A program made the translations under genes and the position numbers. Positions 44,105-55,441 of a DNA stretch of 64,000 nt are shown here, in pieces. Below the pieces are notes generated by a model, which was not told where the DNA came from, searched no databases, and was given only the letters and a program-made list of their open reading frames with translations. Each line of letters begins with the position of its first letter. Position 1 is the stretch's first letter. The stretch is from Balanoglossus misakiensis (Eukaryota > Animalia > Hemichordata): NCBI GenBank assembly GCA_040954595.2, contig CM082587.2:10731403-10795402 (forward strand), read 5' to 3'.

Positions 44105-46930
44105 ATGAGTTTGACGGACCGAAAGAGTTTTTTGAAGGCAACCCGAAAGATTCGGAACCCGGAATCCAGTGGAACGGGCAGCGATCGCTATGATGTAGAC
44201 TCCCCTGTTAGGAAGGGAAAGGCCAAGAAAAAGAAGGCAAAGAAACGCCTTTTGAGCGTCAGATTTGAGGAGACGGAGAAGCCTGGCGGGAAACGTAAGC
44301 GCAAGTCCAGTCGACCCGTTGTCGACTCGGCCGATGAGACAGAAGCTCCACCCCGGAGTGATGAGGTGACTGCGGAAGCGGGCGAACCAGCCAGTACCCC
44401 GACAGAAGCTCCACCCAGGAGTGACGAGGTGACTTCAGAGGCTGACTTACAATCCAGTAAGCAGCAGAAGTCTGGCGGGAAACGTAAGCGCAAGTCCGAT
44501 CGACCCGTTGTCGACTCGGCCGATGAGACAGAAGCTCCACCCCGGAGTGATGAGGTGACTGCGGAAGCGGGCGAACCAGCCAGTACCCCGACAGAAGCTC
44601 CACCCAGGAGTGACGAGGTGACTTCAGAGGCTGACTTACAATCCAGTAAGCAGCAGAAGTCTGGCGGGAAACGTAAGCGCAAGTCCGATCGACCCGTTGT
44701 CGACTCGGACGGTGAGACAGAAGCTCCACCCAGGAGTGATGAGGTGACTGCGAAGGCGGGCGAACCAGCCAGTACCCCGACAGAAGTTCCACGCGGGAGC
44801 GATCAGACGACCCCAGAGGCGGGCGAACCAGCCAGTTCCCCGCCAGTGACCCCATGTACGACAGATGATAGTCACGAGACCTCCCCAGAAGTGCCATCTG
44901 CTGCTCAGATGAGCCCTCATCAGGCAGTCGCCTCGACTTCCACTGGGAAGGTGGGATCATCCAAGAAAGCAGTAAAAAAAAAGGTGCGCTACAGTCCACC
45001 TGAGTTTGAGCCCGAAAAGATTTTGGACGCCAAAACAGGCTTGTTCCGATATAGACGGCCTGATGATGACCTTGAGGAGGATGAGGGAAACGTGACGGAC
45101 ATTGATGAGGATGCGGCAGAGGACGATAACTTTTACGAGCTGTCATTTCCTGGTACTCCATCTGAGGAGTCCGACTCCGAGAATGAAGCCGTAATAGAAG
45201 AGGCCATACGGCAGGCCTCCAAGGATGGGGACGAGTGGCGTCTTTCGCAGCATGAGGACACTGAGATATTTTCCGAACCCCTGTTCGAGAAAGAGCGTGG
45301 ACCCACGTTTACTATGGCAACACATGCACGGGAGTTGGAATACTTCCTGAAATTTGTATCACCGGACATGATATCTCTGGCGGTGAAGGAAACGAACAAA
45401 TATGCGTCGTATCACCAGCATTACATCGCAAAGAAAATCGACTCTGAGTGGCGAGCGACCAATTACAGAGAGATGCAAGCCTTCCTGGGCGCTGTCATCA
45501 TCATGGGCATTGACCGCAAGCCTGCTGTGGGCGACCATTGGTCCAGCGACATTTTCCTGCATAATGTTGGCATTTCGTCAGTCATGACCCGTCAACGCTA
45601 CCACAGGTTGATGCGGTATTTCCACTTGGCTGACCCCCAGAAGGATCCAAGACGAGACCCTGACCCGAACAGACGGTCACGCCGTTGTCAGGACGACCCA
45701 ATGTATAAAGTAAACCCATGGATGGAGCCCCTTGTAAACAGTTGCGTACACAGCTATCAGATGGGACAGGAAATCTCCATCGATGAAGGCATGGTGAAGT
45801 TCAAAGGACGTTCGAAATTCAAACAGAGGCTTCCCCACAAGCCAGACAGAGACGGATTTAAGGTATGGCAGTTGGCGGACTCTGTCACATCCTATGTGGC
45901 AAACTTTGCTCCCTACCTGGGGGTGAAGTACCTTGACAGGAATGACGGGAAAAAACAGGAGAGGGGAGTGGTGAAAAGAATAACGATTGAACTTGTTCAG
46001 CCGTTCTGCGGGTACAACCACATCCTCTTCTGTGACAGCCTCTTCACAACTGTGTTAACTGCGAGAGAACTGATGGAGATGGGCATGTATATGGTTGGAA
46101 GCTTCAACCGACGTAACCATCGGAGTATGCCGCCCATGCTTATTCCCCCCGGGAAAAAGAAGAAGCTTCCACTGAAGGTCGGTGAAATGAAGGCAGCCAC
46201 CCGAGTCGATTGCCGAATCAACCTGGCAGCTTATCAGGATAGCAATGCACAGGTGTTGATCCTGAACAACGTTTATCCACCAATTGACACGGAGACAGTT
46301 GGCAGTGGTGAGGAAGAGAGAAATGTGCCCCTGAGTTTGTCGAAGTACCGCGTCTTCATGGGAGGCGTTGACCGCGCTAACCAGAAGCGAAAATACTACC
46401 ACTGTGGGCGAAAGAACAACCGCTGGTGGGTATACATGGCCTGGTACCTGATGGATGTAGCATTGACGAATGCTTACGTATGTTTCAAAGACCTTAACCC
46501 CCAGACCAAGGTGAAGCACAAGTTCTTCAACCTACGTGTTGGGAAGCAACTCATTGGCGGATTCACCAGTCGTGGTCAAGGCAACGTACGGGAAATAGAG
46601 CGCACAGTTACTGACAGCTCTTTCATTTTCCCTGGAAACATACCCCAACACGTCGAAAGTAGATTACCTGGACGGCAGAAAACCTGCAAGCTATGCAGTA
46701 GGGAAGGCAAGAGGACCCTTTCTGGACGGCGTTCGGAGACTGTCATGGGATGTGCGCTCTGCCAAGTGCATTTGCATCAAGGCGAATGCTTCGCCTCGTT
46801 CCACCACCATATGATGCTACGAGGAAAGAAGAGCATCGGGACACAGTTTCCAGAAGGAGATGTGCGAGTTCGGCAGCCGAGACGGGACAAACCGCTCCGG
46901 CGAAGTTCCAGAAACACGGACCATTCCTAA
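44105..46930 (+). CDS. piggyBac transposase (PGBD4-like), 941 aa from first ATG
   Basis: ISIDEGM, LFCDSLF, MGGVDRANQ; RWW; C-terminal CKLC...CALCQVHLH...CFASFH; N-terminal 63-aa repeats. Confidence 0.93.
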   Translation: MSLTDRKSFLKATRKIRNPESSGTGSDRYDVDSPVRKGKAKKKKAKKRLLSVRFEETEKPGGKRKRKSSRPVVDSADETEAPPRSDEVTAEAGEPASTPTEAPPRSDEVTSEADLQSSKQQKSGGKRKRKSDRPVVDSADETEAPPRSDEVTAEAGEPASTPTEAPPRSDEVTSEADLQSSKQQKSGGKRKRKSDRPVVDSDGETEAPPRSDEVTAKAGEPASTPTEVPRGSDQTTPEAGEPASSPPVTPCTTDDSHETSPEVPSAAQMSPHQAVASTSTGKVGSSKKAVKKKVRYSPPEFEPEKILDAKTGLFRYRRPDDDLEEDEGNVTDIDEDAAEDDNFYELSFPGTPSEESDSENEAVIEEAIRQASKDGDEWRLSQHEDTEIFSEPLFEKERGPTFTMATHARELEYFLKFVSPDMISLAVKETNKYASYHQHYIAKKIDSEWRATNYREMQAFLGAVIIMGIDRKPAVGDHWSSDIFLHNVGISSVMTRQRYHRLMRYFHLADPQKDPRRDPDPNRRSRRCQDDPMYKVNPWMEPLVNSCVHSYQMGQEISIDEGMVKFKGRSKFKQRLPHKPDRDGFKVWQLADSVTSYVANFAPYLGVKYLDRNDGKKQERGVVKRITIELVQPFCGYNHILFCDSLFTTVLTARELMEMGMYMVGSFNRRNHRSMPPMLIPPGKKKKLPLKVGEMKAATRVDCRINLAAYQDSNAQVLILNNVYPPIDTETVGSGEEERNVPLSLSKYRVFMGGVDRANQKRKYYHCGRKNNRWWVYMAWYLMDVALTNAYVCFKDLNPQTKVKHKFFNLRVGKQLIGGFTSRGQGNVREIERTVTDSSFIFPGNIPQHVESRLPGRQKTCKLCSREGKRTLSGRRSETVMGCALCQVHLHQGECFASFHHHMMLRGKKSIGTQFPEGDVRVRQPRRDKPLRRSSRNTDHS
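44285..44840 (+). repeat. 189-bp (63-aa) coding tandem repeat in transposase N-terminus
   Basis: ggcgggaaacgtaagcgc at 44285, 44474, 44663. Confidence 0.9.
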
Positions 46931-46984
46931 ATTATTCCCCTCCCGAGAGGGTGACACGGGCTTCCGGTGAACCAGCCCTGGCAT

Positions 46985-47494
46985 TTGTGCGGACTTTAGT
47001 CATTTTTTTCTGTGGACCCCCACTAAATTATGCCCTTGAGTAGGGCTACGAGGTGACCGAGCCTCATTTACGGACAATGAAACACGGACTGTGAGAAACG
47101 GACAGGTTACTTGCGGACACTGAAACACGGATTGTGACATGGGCTCGTCTTGAACGAGCCCCGTTTGCGCGGACTTTAGTCATTTTTTTCTGTGGACCCC
47201 CACTAAATTATGCCCTTGAGTAGGGCTACGAGGTGACCGAGCCTCATTTACGGACAATGAAACACGGACTGTGAGAAACGGACAGGTTACTTGCGGACAC
47301 TGAAACACGGATTGTGACATGGGCTTGTCTTGAACGAGCCCCGTTGCGCGGACTTTAGTCATTTTTTTCTGTGGACCCCCACTAAATTATGCCCTTGAGT
47401 AGGGCTACGAGGTGACTGAGCCTCATTTACGGACAATGAAACACAGACTGTGAGAAACGGACAGGTTACTTGCAAACACTGAAACACGGATTGT
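46985..47494. repeat. ~180-bp tandem repeat (~2.8 copies) in piggyBac 1 right subterminal region
   Basis: gcggactttagtcattttttt at ~46989, 47169, 47348. Confidence 0.9.
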
Positions 47495-48310
47495 ATGATG
47501 TTACTGTAACGGTGCACGAATCACTCTTTTTTAGGAAATAAAGTGCTATTTATGAGGCAACCTGTGGTGGTGTTAATCCCTCTAATATGACGCACAGTAA
47601 CGGGGGTCTTGTGTAAATAGTCGTCCGGTTCGACACTCGCCCCTGGCCGAAATGGTGCAATGGGGCCTGCAGAACTTGCGGGTTACCTGTGACCGTGTCG
47701 GTACAACCCTGTACCATAAAAAACTATAGCGTATTAACACCGTAATGAACGTCTGTCTACTGTGCGTAACTAACCAACGTGTCGTTATCACAACGTCCGT
47801 GTGTGTCTTGTGTGCGAGAATGAGTCGTTGTCAGGCGGCTGTAGAGCGGAACACTGTGCGCCAGTGTCCAGTCGTTCGCATTACGTGTCGAACTAACTCG
47901 TACCCTACAGGAAAGTGGCAGGGGAAGGGGTGCCCGAACACCCCTGGCGGTACACCCTGGGTACCCTACTAATAACTGATGGTGTCGTTGTTGTGACGTG
48001 ATGTGGCGTGTACTAACACACTAACTTTATTTTCGTAAAAGTAAGCCTCGAAACGACGTTTACAGACGCTCCCCTCCCAGGGGAACGAACCCGATGACCC
48101 CACAACTTTTACCCGGTTAATTGTTGTTTGAGGTCCCGCCGACACGGGACTGTGCCAAACTTGAAGTCTAGCACGTTCAAAAGCAGCTAAAATGACCCTC
48201 CAAAAACCCAATTTTCAGGCAAAAAGCCTGGTAATCCAGCGGGTGTAGAGGCGGTCTCGTAACGAGTCGGCGGCCCAACGGGTTTTGACCCCCGGTAGCA
48301 AGAGGGTTAA

Positions 48311-48343
48311 TAAGCTGAATGATGCAGAAATGCTCTCTGCAAA
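48311..48343 (-). pseudogene. Expansin-like module 2, exon C, 5' piece (split by piggyBac 1)
   Basis: 33 nt plus 304 nt (42241-42544) = 337 nt, the length of the intact paralogs. Confidence 0.85.
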
Positions 48344-48665
48344 CTAAATAAACAAATCAATCAATCAATATGTGATACACTCACAAAATGAATGACACAT
48401 ACCAGGTTCACACAGAGAAAAATGTGAGACACTATTTGCCTATGATAAACTCAGAGCATTGTGTCCACACACACAAAGTTTGTGTATATGCGTTGAGGCT
48501 CGGCCCCATAGACAATCATGAGTTAAAAATACTGTTAAGAAGATGGCTTGTGAGGTTTCAAACAATTTTGCAGTGATGAGACAACTACAAGTGAATATTT
48601 ACTTTTAAGTAGCAATTTAAGACAAGGGTATCTAAATTAGTTAATACTTGTGTTGTTTCACAAAC

Positions 48666-48884
48666 CTTGAACTTGATAGAGACATCCTCAGGACAGGCAA
48701 CAACTGAGTAGGATACAAGAAGAGATGAAGGACTTTCACCATCTGACAAGATGTTGTAAGCATCCCCACTTAGAACCAGACCATCTTCATCAATCATGCA
48801 GTATGGGTACATGCACATGTCTGTTACCCGGACAACTACAGATGCATCATTTGAACCAATCACGTTCAGGCATTGCCCACAAAC
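48666..48884 (-). CDS. Expansin-like module 2, exon B
   Basis: 219 nt paralog of 54956-55174. Confidence 0.85.
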
Positions 48885-49180
48885 CTGCAATCACACATGA
48901 AGGTATTAAAATGCATGTATACTATTTCAACAAACCAACTAACTCCTTCTTTAGACAACACTGCAGGTTTTGGTTTAAGTGCTTAATCAAATTAAGCTGA
49001 GGAAATTTCAAAGAAAAACAGTGCAACACACAAACTTAGACAAACACGATGAAATAAAATTATTCATAACAAAAGTTGTTACAAATCACAATGACTCAAA
49101 ATGAGAGACTATCTGGTCAGTATTGACATCACAGCCAATCATGTACAAGGACTTTCAGAACTAACGTTATCTATACTTAC

Positions 49181-49323
49181 ATGTGAATCTTGAAAATTGG
49201 CCATACCAGCAACCATACTTGTGTAAAATGTTCCAAATGAACAGGTACCATCAGTTGGTGTCTCACGGTACTTCTCACAAGTTGCGTTTACAAAAGTCTC
49301 AAAGGTATCACAATCTTTACTGA
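49181..49323 (-). CDS. Expansin-like module 2, exon A
   Basis: 143 nt paralog of 55442-55584. Confidence 0.8.
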
Positions 49324-49663
49324 CTGCAAAAACAACAACACCAGTATTAAGATAAATTATTTAATATTCAATCAATATGTAATCTTGGGTTCAATCAAAA
49401 TCACACAACCATAAAACTTAATTTATGCACAAAAATTGATGGTTTCATGTTATATGTCATAAACAATACTGATTTTTGAAAAACAGGTGTATTTTTCTTC
49501 ACCTCCATGACTTGTATACTTCTGCTGAATTTCAGCCAAATAGTGTGCATTTGGACAGTTGCTGGCAATTGCAACCAACGTGTACAAGACCTTTTTCTTT
49601 GTGGCAACCATTAGCTGCCCAAGATGAGTTTACATGCGTAGTTTTTACAAGTAGTATAATTAC

Positions 49664-50604
49664 CTGTTGTTACATCATGAGAAGGTGTCACTGGTTTTGT
49701 TGTTGATATTTTAGTTGTTGAAAGTGGTTCTGAAGATTTCGATTGAAATTCAGTGCGTTCGGTGGTCAGTTCTTTGACACTAGTTGTAGGCAGGGATGTA
49801 CTTGTTTTGGATTCTGTTGACCTGATTTCATATTCTGTTGTCAAAGACTTTGTAACATCAGGTGTGACTGGCTCAGCTGTTGTAGGGTTAGGCTTGATGT
49901 CAGTTGTTCCTCTTTGAGCACTTTTGTTACATCTGTTGCAGTTGGGCCTATATCTGTTCTCTCTGTGGTTGTGTCTTCTTCATCTTCAACTGTTGAAAGT
50001 ATGGTTGGATTGACACTTGCAGACTCTGTTGTTGATATTTTAGATGAAAGTGGTTCTGAAGATTTCGATTGAAATTCGGTGCGTTTGGTGGTCAGTTCTT
50101 GGACACTAGTTGTAGGCAGGGATGTACTTGTATCTACATCTGTTACTATTCTTGTCTTTGATTCTGTTGACCTGATTTCATATTCTGTAACATCAGGCGT
50201 GACTTCAGGCTCGACTGTTGTTGGGTTAGGCTTGATATCAGTAGTTGCTCTTTCAGCACTTGTTACATCTGTTGCAGTTGGGCCTATATCAGTTCTTGAT
50301 GTTGTTTCTGTGGTTGTGTCTTCTTCATCTTCAACTGTTGAAAGTATGGTTGGATTGACGCTTGTTGTTGACAGAGTTGACGTTGTGAAAGTCTCAGATA
50401 TTGCTGAGCTGACTTCATCCTGATCTGTGACTATAACATGGGTGGTCGAGTGGAGACCAGTTGTGATCTCTTCAGATGAAACTGTTGTACCACTTGTCAC
50501 TTCAGTTCTTGTAGACCGACTGGTGAAGGAATCAGTCTCAGGCCCCCGGGTTGTAATGTACCCAGGCAATGTTGTTGGACCCTCCTGAGTAGATTGCATC
50601 TCAT
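49664..50604 (-). pseudogene. Host exon: mucin stalk with internal duplication and +2 frameshift
   Basis: 941 nt; gagcacttttgttac at ~49916-49930 versus gcacttgttac in the sister repeats. Confidence 0.75.
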
Positions 50605-50842
50605 CTGTTTTGGCAGAAATGAAACATGAAGAAAATAAGCAAATGCAAAAATTAATCCTCGCATAATAACAATTGCCTCCATTGATATCGCAAACAAATT
50701 TCCCATCACGAAAATAACCCGTTTTACAGTACATACATACAGACAGACTAAACTGATCCCATAAGGTCCCATGGTATAGTATACATGTATACTGGTATAT
50801 ACCAAACGGGACCTAAACTATGAAACTGAAACACAATCTTAC

Positions 50843-51179
50843 CTTCAAGCGTACTCTCGATTGTTGTAACTATTCCAAAGTCTGGAAGTGTAGTAACTTC
50901 AAGCTCATCATCCTCACAATGTTGAAATTGCTTGGAGGTGTCAATAATCCCACCAAAATGAAACTCTCTAACCCTGTAGTTAATTTTACCAGACACCGAA
51001 TAGACCTTGACATTGAGAGGGGCTTGTATATCACCAGAACCAATGGGTGGTTCAAATAAGTTATCACTGAGTCTGTCTAGAGTAATCCAGGGACCAGTTG
51101 TGTGGACTTCCACAGTGGTGACAGGGTAACGATGATCCAATATTAATAAGCTGAATGATGCAGAAATGCTCTCTGCAAA
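50843..51179 (-). CDS. Expansin-like module 1, exon C (CBM63-like domain 2)
   Basis: 337 nt; SFSLLILDHRYPVTTVEVHTTGPWITLDRLSDNLF...PLNVKVYSVSGK...SKQF. Confidence 0.85.
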
Positions 51180-51422
51180 CTAAATCAACAAATCAATCAA
51201 TCAAAATGTGGTACACTCAAAAAATGAATGACAGTCCCTAGTCGGTCATAATATTTTGAAATTAGAGCAACACATTATTGTCAATGTCCTAGTCCCCACT
51301 GGATCTGCCCTAGTCCAAATCAGTTGAGACTGGTTTGATTTCCAAGAGATCTAAACTTCCAGTAAAGAAACAGATGGACCACTCCTGACAATTTTAACTT
51401 CAATCTTACAAATACTATTTAA

Positions 51423-54400
51423 CCAGATATCTCCCAAATCGTAATCAGTATGAAGCTCTCATGGCTGCCCAGATCAGATCAAGTTGCAAGTTTTAATGAC
51501 CTGCCCAGGCACCGGTCATTCTAATTACTCAAATCTTAATTACTTGTAACCCGAAACTGGTGAAGCTGTTTGAATGCTTTCAAATACAGTTTAGGAGGTC
51601 AGTCTGTTGCTGCTGTTTTGCAAAGCTCTCAAGTATACTTCAGACGGGCAGAATTAAACTTGTAACATGGATTTTGGTGAGTACAAGTTTATGTATGACT
51701 GGTGATATACCTTCAGTCAACAAGCAGAACTGGCAAAATACAAAAGTTGGCTGTGATTGCTGACAAAACTGACCAGGGGTCAGATTACGATTCACTGCAT
51801 TACCAACAGTTCAGTGTCTGGCATTTCTCTGTGCTTTCTGTATATTTTGTCCAATGGGTGGACTAATGACAAGTGTTCTCCTATACTTGTCATTACAGAT
51901 AAAGTGGTGCATGATTACAGAATGTCCACACGAGAAATTGCCTCTTTACAAGTCACTGAAGAAGAAAGTGCTCTTCTTACAGGTGAATCAACTACACGGT
52001 CTGGGGCTGTGCGAAGACACGTGTACTTTAGGGAAGATGGGAGCATTACCCCTACTCCTCCAGACAGGGGTGACGAGCAAGGACAGGGAGAAGTAGTTTC
52101 TGGTGCCGAAGCCAGCACTACAGATGGTGAGATTCCCAGCAGATCTCACCAGGGAAATGAGTCTCCGATGGACATTTCCGACAACGAACAAGACATTTCG
52201 GCAAACAGATCTATGAGGGCTAGAAAGCGAATCAGGTATGAACAGTTGGATGACACTGAAAGTGAAGAATGGAGCAGTGATCCTGATTATGCCCCTTCTT
52301 CAGATCCTGATTCTGATATTGATACAACATCTGGTGACGAGGACGAATCTGCCGATGAAGGATTGACTGAAGGGGCACGTCGACGTGTTCGCAATGTACC
52401 CCTCACCAGAATAGAATCTACTTGGCGGGAGAGCGGTTACACGGAACCAACTCATCACGATGATGACGACAGTGACAGTGATGATAGCGATGACTGGTCC
52501 TATAGATTGAAGCCACACAACAATCTGCATGCCTTCACCGGCAGTCCTGGTGCCTCGGTAGATTTGGGAGATGAACCCACTCCCCTTAGTACGTTCCAGA
52601 AAATTTTCCCACCATCACTGGTAACAAAGCTGCGACAAGAAACCAACAGCTACGCCAGGTGGGTGAGACGGCAAACTGGTAAGGAGGACAGATTTTGGTC
52701 ACCAGTTGACAACGATGAGATGCAAGCCGTCATCGGTATATTGATATTGATGGGTGCAGATCCAAAACATGAAGTCGCTGACTACTGGTCGACAAATAGA
52801 TCACTCCGAAATGACTTCATTGCCAGTGTTATGAGCAGAAATCGGTTTCAGAAGATAATGCAGTATTTCCACTGCAATGACGCTGACCGAGACCCAGCTA
52901 ATATGGAGGTGGGTGAAGCACGAAGGAGGGCAAGACAGGCACAACCTATGTATAAGGTGGCACCAGTACTTGACGCTGTAATGGCAAACTCTCGTGAGTG
53001 CTATGGCCTGCATGAACAGATAGCCATCGATGAATCAATAGTGGCATACAAGGGACGATACAACGGTATTCCTACTGTATTCATCAAGGGAAAACCACAC
53101 GCGAAAGGCTTCAAAGTCTATACCCTTGCAGACAGTGTCACTAATTACATGGCAAATATGAAGTTCATGACAACAACTGGCAGTCATGAAAACGATATGC
53201 GTGATGTCTCAAGAACGACAGCCATCTGCGTAGACCTGGTACAGCATGTACAGGGACAGTATCACACCCTTTTTACGGACAGTTTCTACACAAGCATGCC
53301 ATTGGCGACAACACTGCTTGAGGAGTACCAGACATATCTGGTTGGCAGCATCCGGCAAGATAGAGTGGGTTTTCCTAATGCACTACGTACAAACCCCAAA
53401 AGGAACCCAAACAGTGCGCAGATAGCAGGGTTACAAAGGGGACAGTTTGTCACTCTGCAGAAGGGCAACTTGGTAGTGGTCGCATGGAAAGATTCGAGCC
53501 TGTTGTATTTAGTGACTAACTGTTATGAAGGCTATAGAACGGATGGCCAACGAGTGGTCCGATACGTAAAGTCGGCTGCATTACTGAGAAAGATTGCGTA
53601 CAGCCTGCCAGCGCCTGATGTGGTTTCCAAGTACAACCAGTACATGGGTGGTGTCGACAGAGCCAATCAGCTAAGATCGTACTATACATCTCAGCGACAA
53701 ACCCACAAATGGTGGAAGTACATTTTCTTCTTCCTGCTGGACACTGCGATATCAAATAGCTGGATAATCTACACCGAACTGGTTGATGAGCGGAAAAAGC
53801 ACAAGGCCTTCCAGGTCGATGTTGGCAATGCAATGGTTGGTGGCTTTACTTCCCGCAAACAAATGCTAACCAGCACGGCACCACCGATACACACATACAA
53901 GCATCACAGCTTGGTGAAAGGGGATGGCAGAGGTGCAAGCTGTAGAATGTGTATAAAGATGGGAAGGAAAACCCCGAGTGGCTGTTTTGTCACCACAGTG
54001 TTCCTGTGCAGCCAGTGCCGTATACACCTTTGCAAAGACTGCTTCCTACCCTACCATCACGTAGCCACAGGTAGTCCAAGTGTTGTGGCTGTTACCCAAA
54101 CAGAGGTGGATGACCTAAATGAGGCAATGAGACGGTGGACTATAGCACAACCTCGAGGCAGAGGAAGACCGTCTACAACCGGGACAGGGAGGCAGCAGCC
54201 TGTAGCCGCCGAGCCACATGCTGGACCCAGTGGACAACAGTCTGTGAATCGCACAGCAAGAAGGGGACGTGGTGCTTCCAGAGGAACTGCAAGATCGGTC
54301 GCCGCAGAAAGACAGCAGTCCATCAATGAAGCACAAGCTCCAACAAGAGGACGACCACCACTTCAAAGGGGAAGTCGCGGTGGACGGATGAGAAGAAATG

Positions 54401-54826
54401 GTCCCAAGGGGCGGGGGGCTACTTGAACGCAAACAAGTGTTAAATTTGGGCCCTGGGGCGGGGGGCTCTTTGTCGTTAGAGAAGTAAACTACTGGTATAA
54501 CACTTTCGTCTTGTGTCTTGCAGGATTAGTCGTGAAGTTGCACACAAGCAAACATACTGCCATATTTTGAGGTAGGCTAAACATGCTAGCCAACTCGGAA
54601 CTATTGGTAGTGCAGTGAATCGTAATAGGCCTGGGTCTGATGTACTTGCAAACTCAATAAGCCCAACTCTGAAGTACTTGCAACATGTTGACGGCCCAAG
54701 TCTGATTTACTCAGTCAAAAAAACCCTATGGGAAATCCATGACAGGTTGCAACAAATCCAGACTTGGTAGTTTAGAATGGCAAACCCATGGGAGCTTCCT
54801 ATGTATTACGGCTGGGAGAAAGAGGA
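51423..54826 (+). mobile_element. piggyBac element 2 (3.4 kb, intronic)
   Basis: TTAA at 51419-51422 and 54827-54830; imperfect ~42-bp TIRs (tctccca..cgtaat..gaagctc.catgg); empty site in the paralogous intron near 39987 (aaatacTTAAaaaaatggctag). Confidence 0.92.
51922..54426 (+). CDS. piggyBac transposase (PGBD4-like), 834 aa from first ATG
   Basis: DDD motifs IAIDES, LFTDSFY, MGGVDRANQ; KWWKYIFF; Cys-rich CRMC...CSQCRIHLCKDCFLPYH; Arg/Gly-rich tail. Confidence 0.93.
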   Translation: MSTREIASLQVTEEESALLTGESTTRSGAVRRHVYFREDGSITPTPPDRGDEQGQGEVVSGAEASTTDGEIPSRSHQGNESPMDISDNEQDISANRSMRARKRIRYEQLDDTESEEWSSDPDYAPSSDPDSDIDTTSGDEDESADEGLTEGARRRVRNVPLTRIESTWRESGYTEPTHHDDDDSDSDDSDDWSYRLKPHNNLHAFTGSPGASVDLGDEPTPLSTFQKIFPPSLVTKLRQETNSYARWVRRQTGKEDRFWSPVDNDEMQAVIGILILMGADPKHEVADYWSTNRSLRNDFIASVMSRNRFQKIMQYFHCNDADRDPANMEVGEARRRARQAQPMYKVAPVLDAVMANSRECYGLHEQIAIDESIVAYKGRYNGIPTVFIKGKPHAKGFKVYTLADSVTNYMANMKFMTTTGSHENDMRDVSRTTAICVDLVQHVQGQYHTLFTDSFYTSMPLATTLLEEYQTYLVGSIRQDRVGFPNALRTNPKRNPNSAQIAGLQRGQFVTLQKGNLVVVAWKDSSLLYLVTNCYEGYRTDGQRVVRYVKSAALLRKIAYSLPAPDVVSKYNQYMGGVDRANQLRSYYTSQRQTHKWWKYIFFFLLDTAISNSWIIYTELVDERKKHKAFQVDVGNAMVGGFTSRKQMLTSTAPPIHTYKHHSLVKGDGRGASCRMCIKMGRKTPSGCFVTTVFLCSQCRIHLCKDCFLPYHHVATGSPSVVAVTQTEVDDLNEAMRRWTIAQPRGRGRPSTTGTGRQQPVAAEPHAGPSGQQSVNRTARRGRGASRGTARSVAAERQQSINEAQAPTRGRPPLQRGSRGGRMRRNGPKGRGAT

Positions 54827-54955
54827 TTAAAATGTGGCTAGTGAGGTTTCAAACAATTTTGCAGTGATGTGACAACTACAGGAAATATTTACTTTTAAGT
54901 AGCAATTAAAGAAAAGGGTATCTAAATTAGTGAATAATTGTGTTGTTTCACAAAC

Positions 54956-55174
54956 CTTGAACTTGATAGAGACATCCTCAGGACAGGCAACAACTGAGTA
55001 GGATACAAGAAGAGATGAAGGACTTTCACCATCTGACAAGATGTTGTAAGCATCCTGACTTAGAACCAGACCATCTTCATCACTCATGCAGTACGGGTAC
55101 ATGCACATGTCTGTTACCCGGACAACTACAGATACATCATTTGAACCAATCACGTTCAGGCATTGCCCGCAAAC
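54956..55174 (-). CDS. Expansin-like module 1, exon B (DPBB core)
   Basis: 219 nt; VCGQCLNVIG...VVVRVTDMC...GLVLSQDAYNIL...VSYSVVACP. Confidence 0.85.
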
Positions 55175-55441
55175 CTGCAATTACACAAACCAAAAAACTC
55201 CTTTAGACAACACTGGAAAAACTACAGTATGCAGTTTTTTTCAAGTACATTTAGTGATTAAATCAATCTTGGGTGAGAAATTTAAAAAAATACAGTGCAA
55301 CACATAAAACAAGACAAAATAAAATCATTCATAACAATGTTACAAATCACAATGAGAAATTGGAGACAATCTGGTCAGTATTGACACTGGAGCAAAACAT
55401 TTACCGGTACATAGACTTTCAAGAACTAACTTTATACTTAC

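Larger units (their letters stand above)
42545..48306 (+). mobile_element. piggyBac element 1 (5.76 kb) inserted in a coding exon
   Basis: TTAA TSD at 42541-42544 and 48307-48310; CCCT...AGGG ends with short imperfect TIR (ccctaacgctgtcg / ccctcttgctaccg); empty site ccaataTTAAtaagctg in both paralogous exons. Confidence 0.95.

Noticed and set aside
43098-46519. Antisense and alternative-frame ORFs in piggyBac 1 (e.g. 170 aa, 300 aa)
   Set aside because: Explained by tandem repeats and GC-rich shadow frames; no recognisable motifs.
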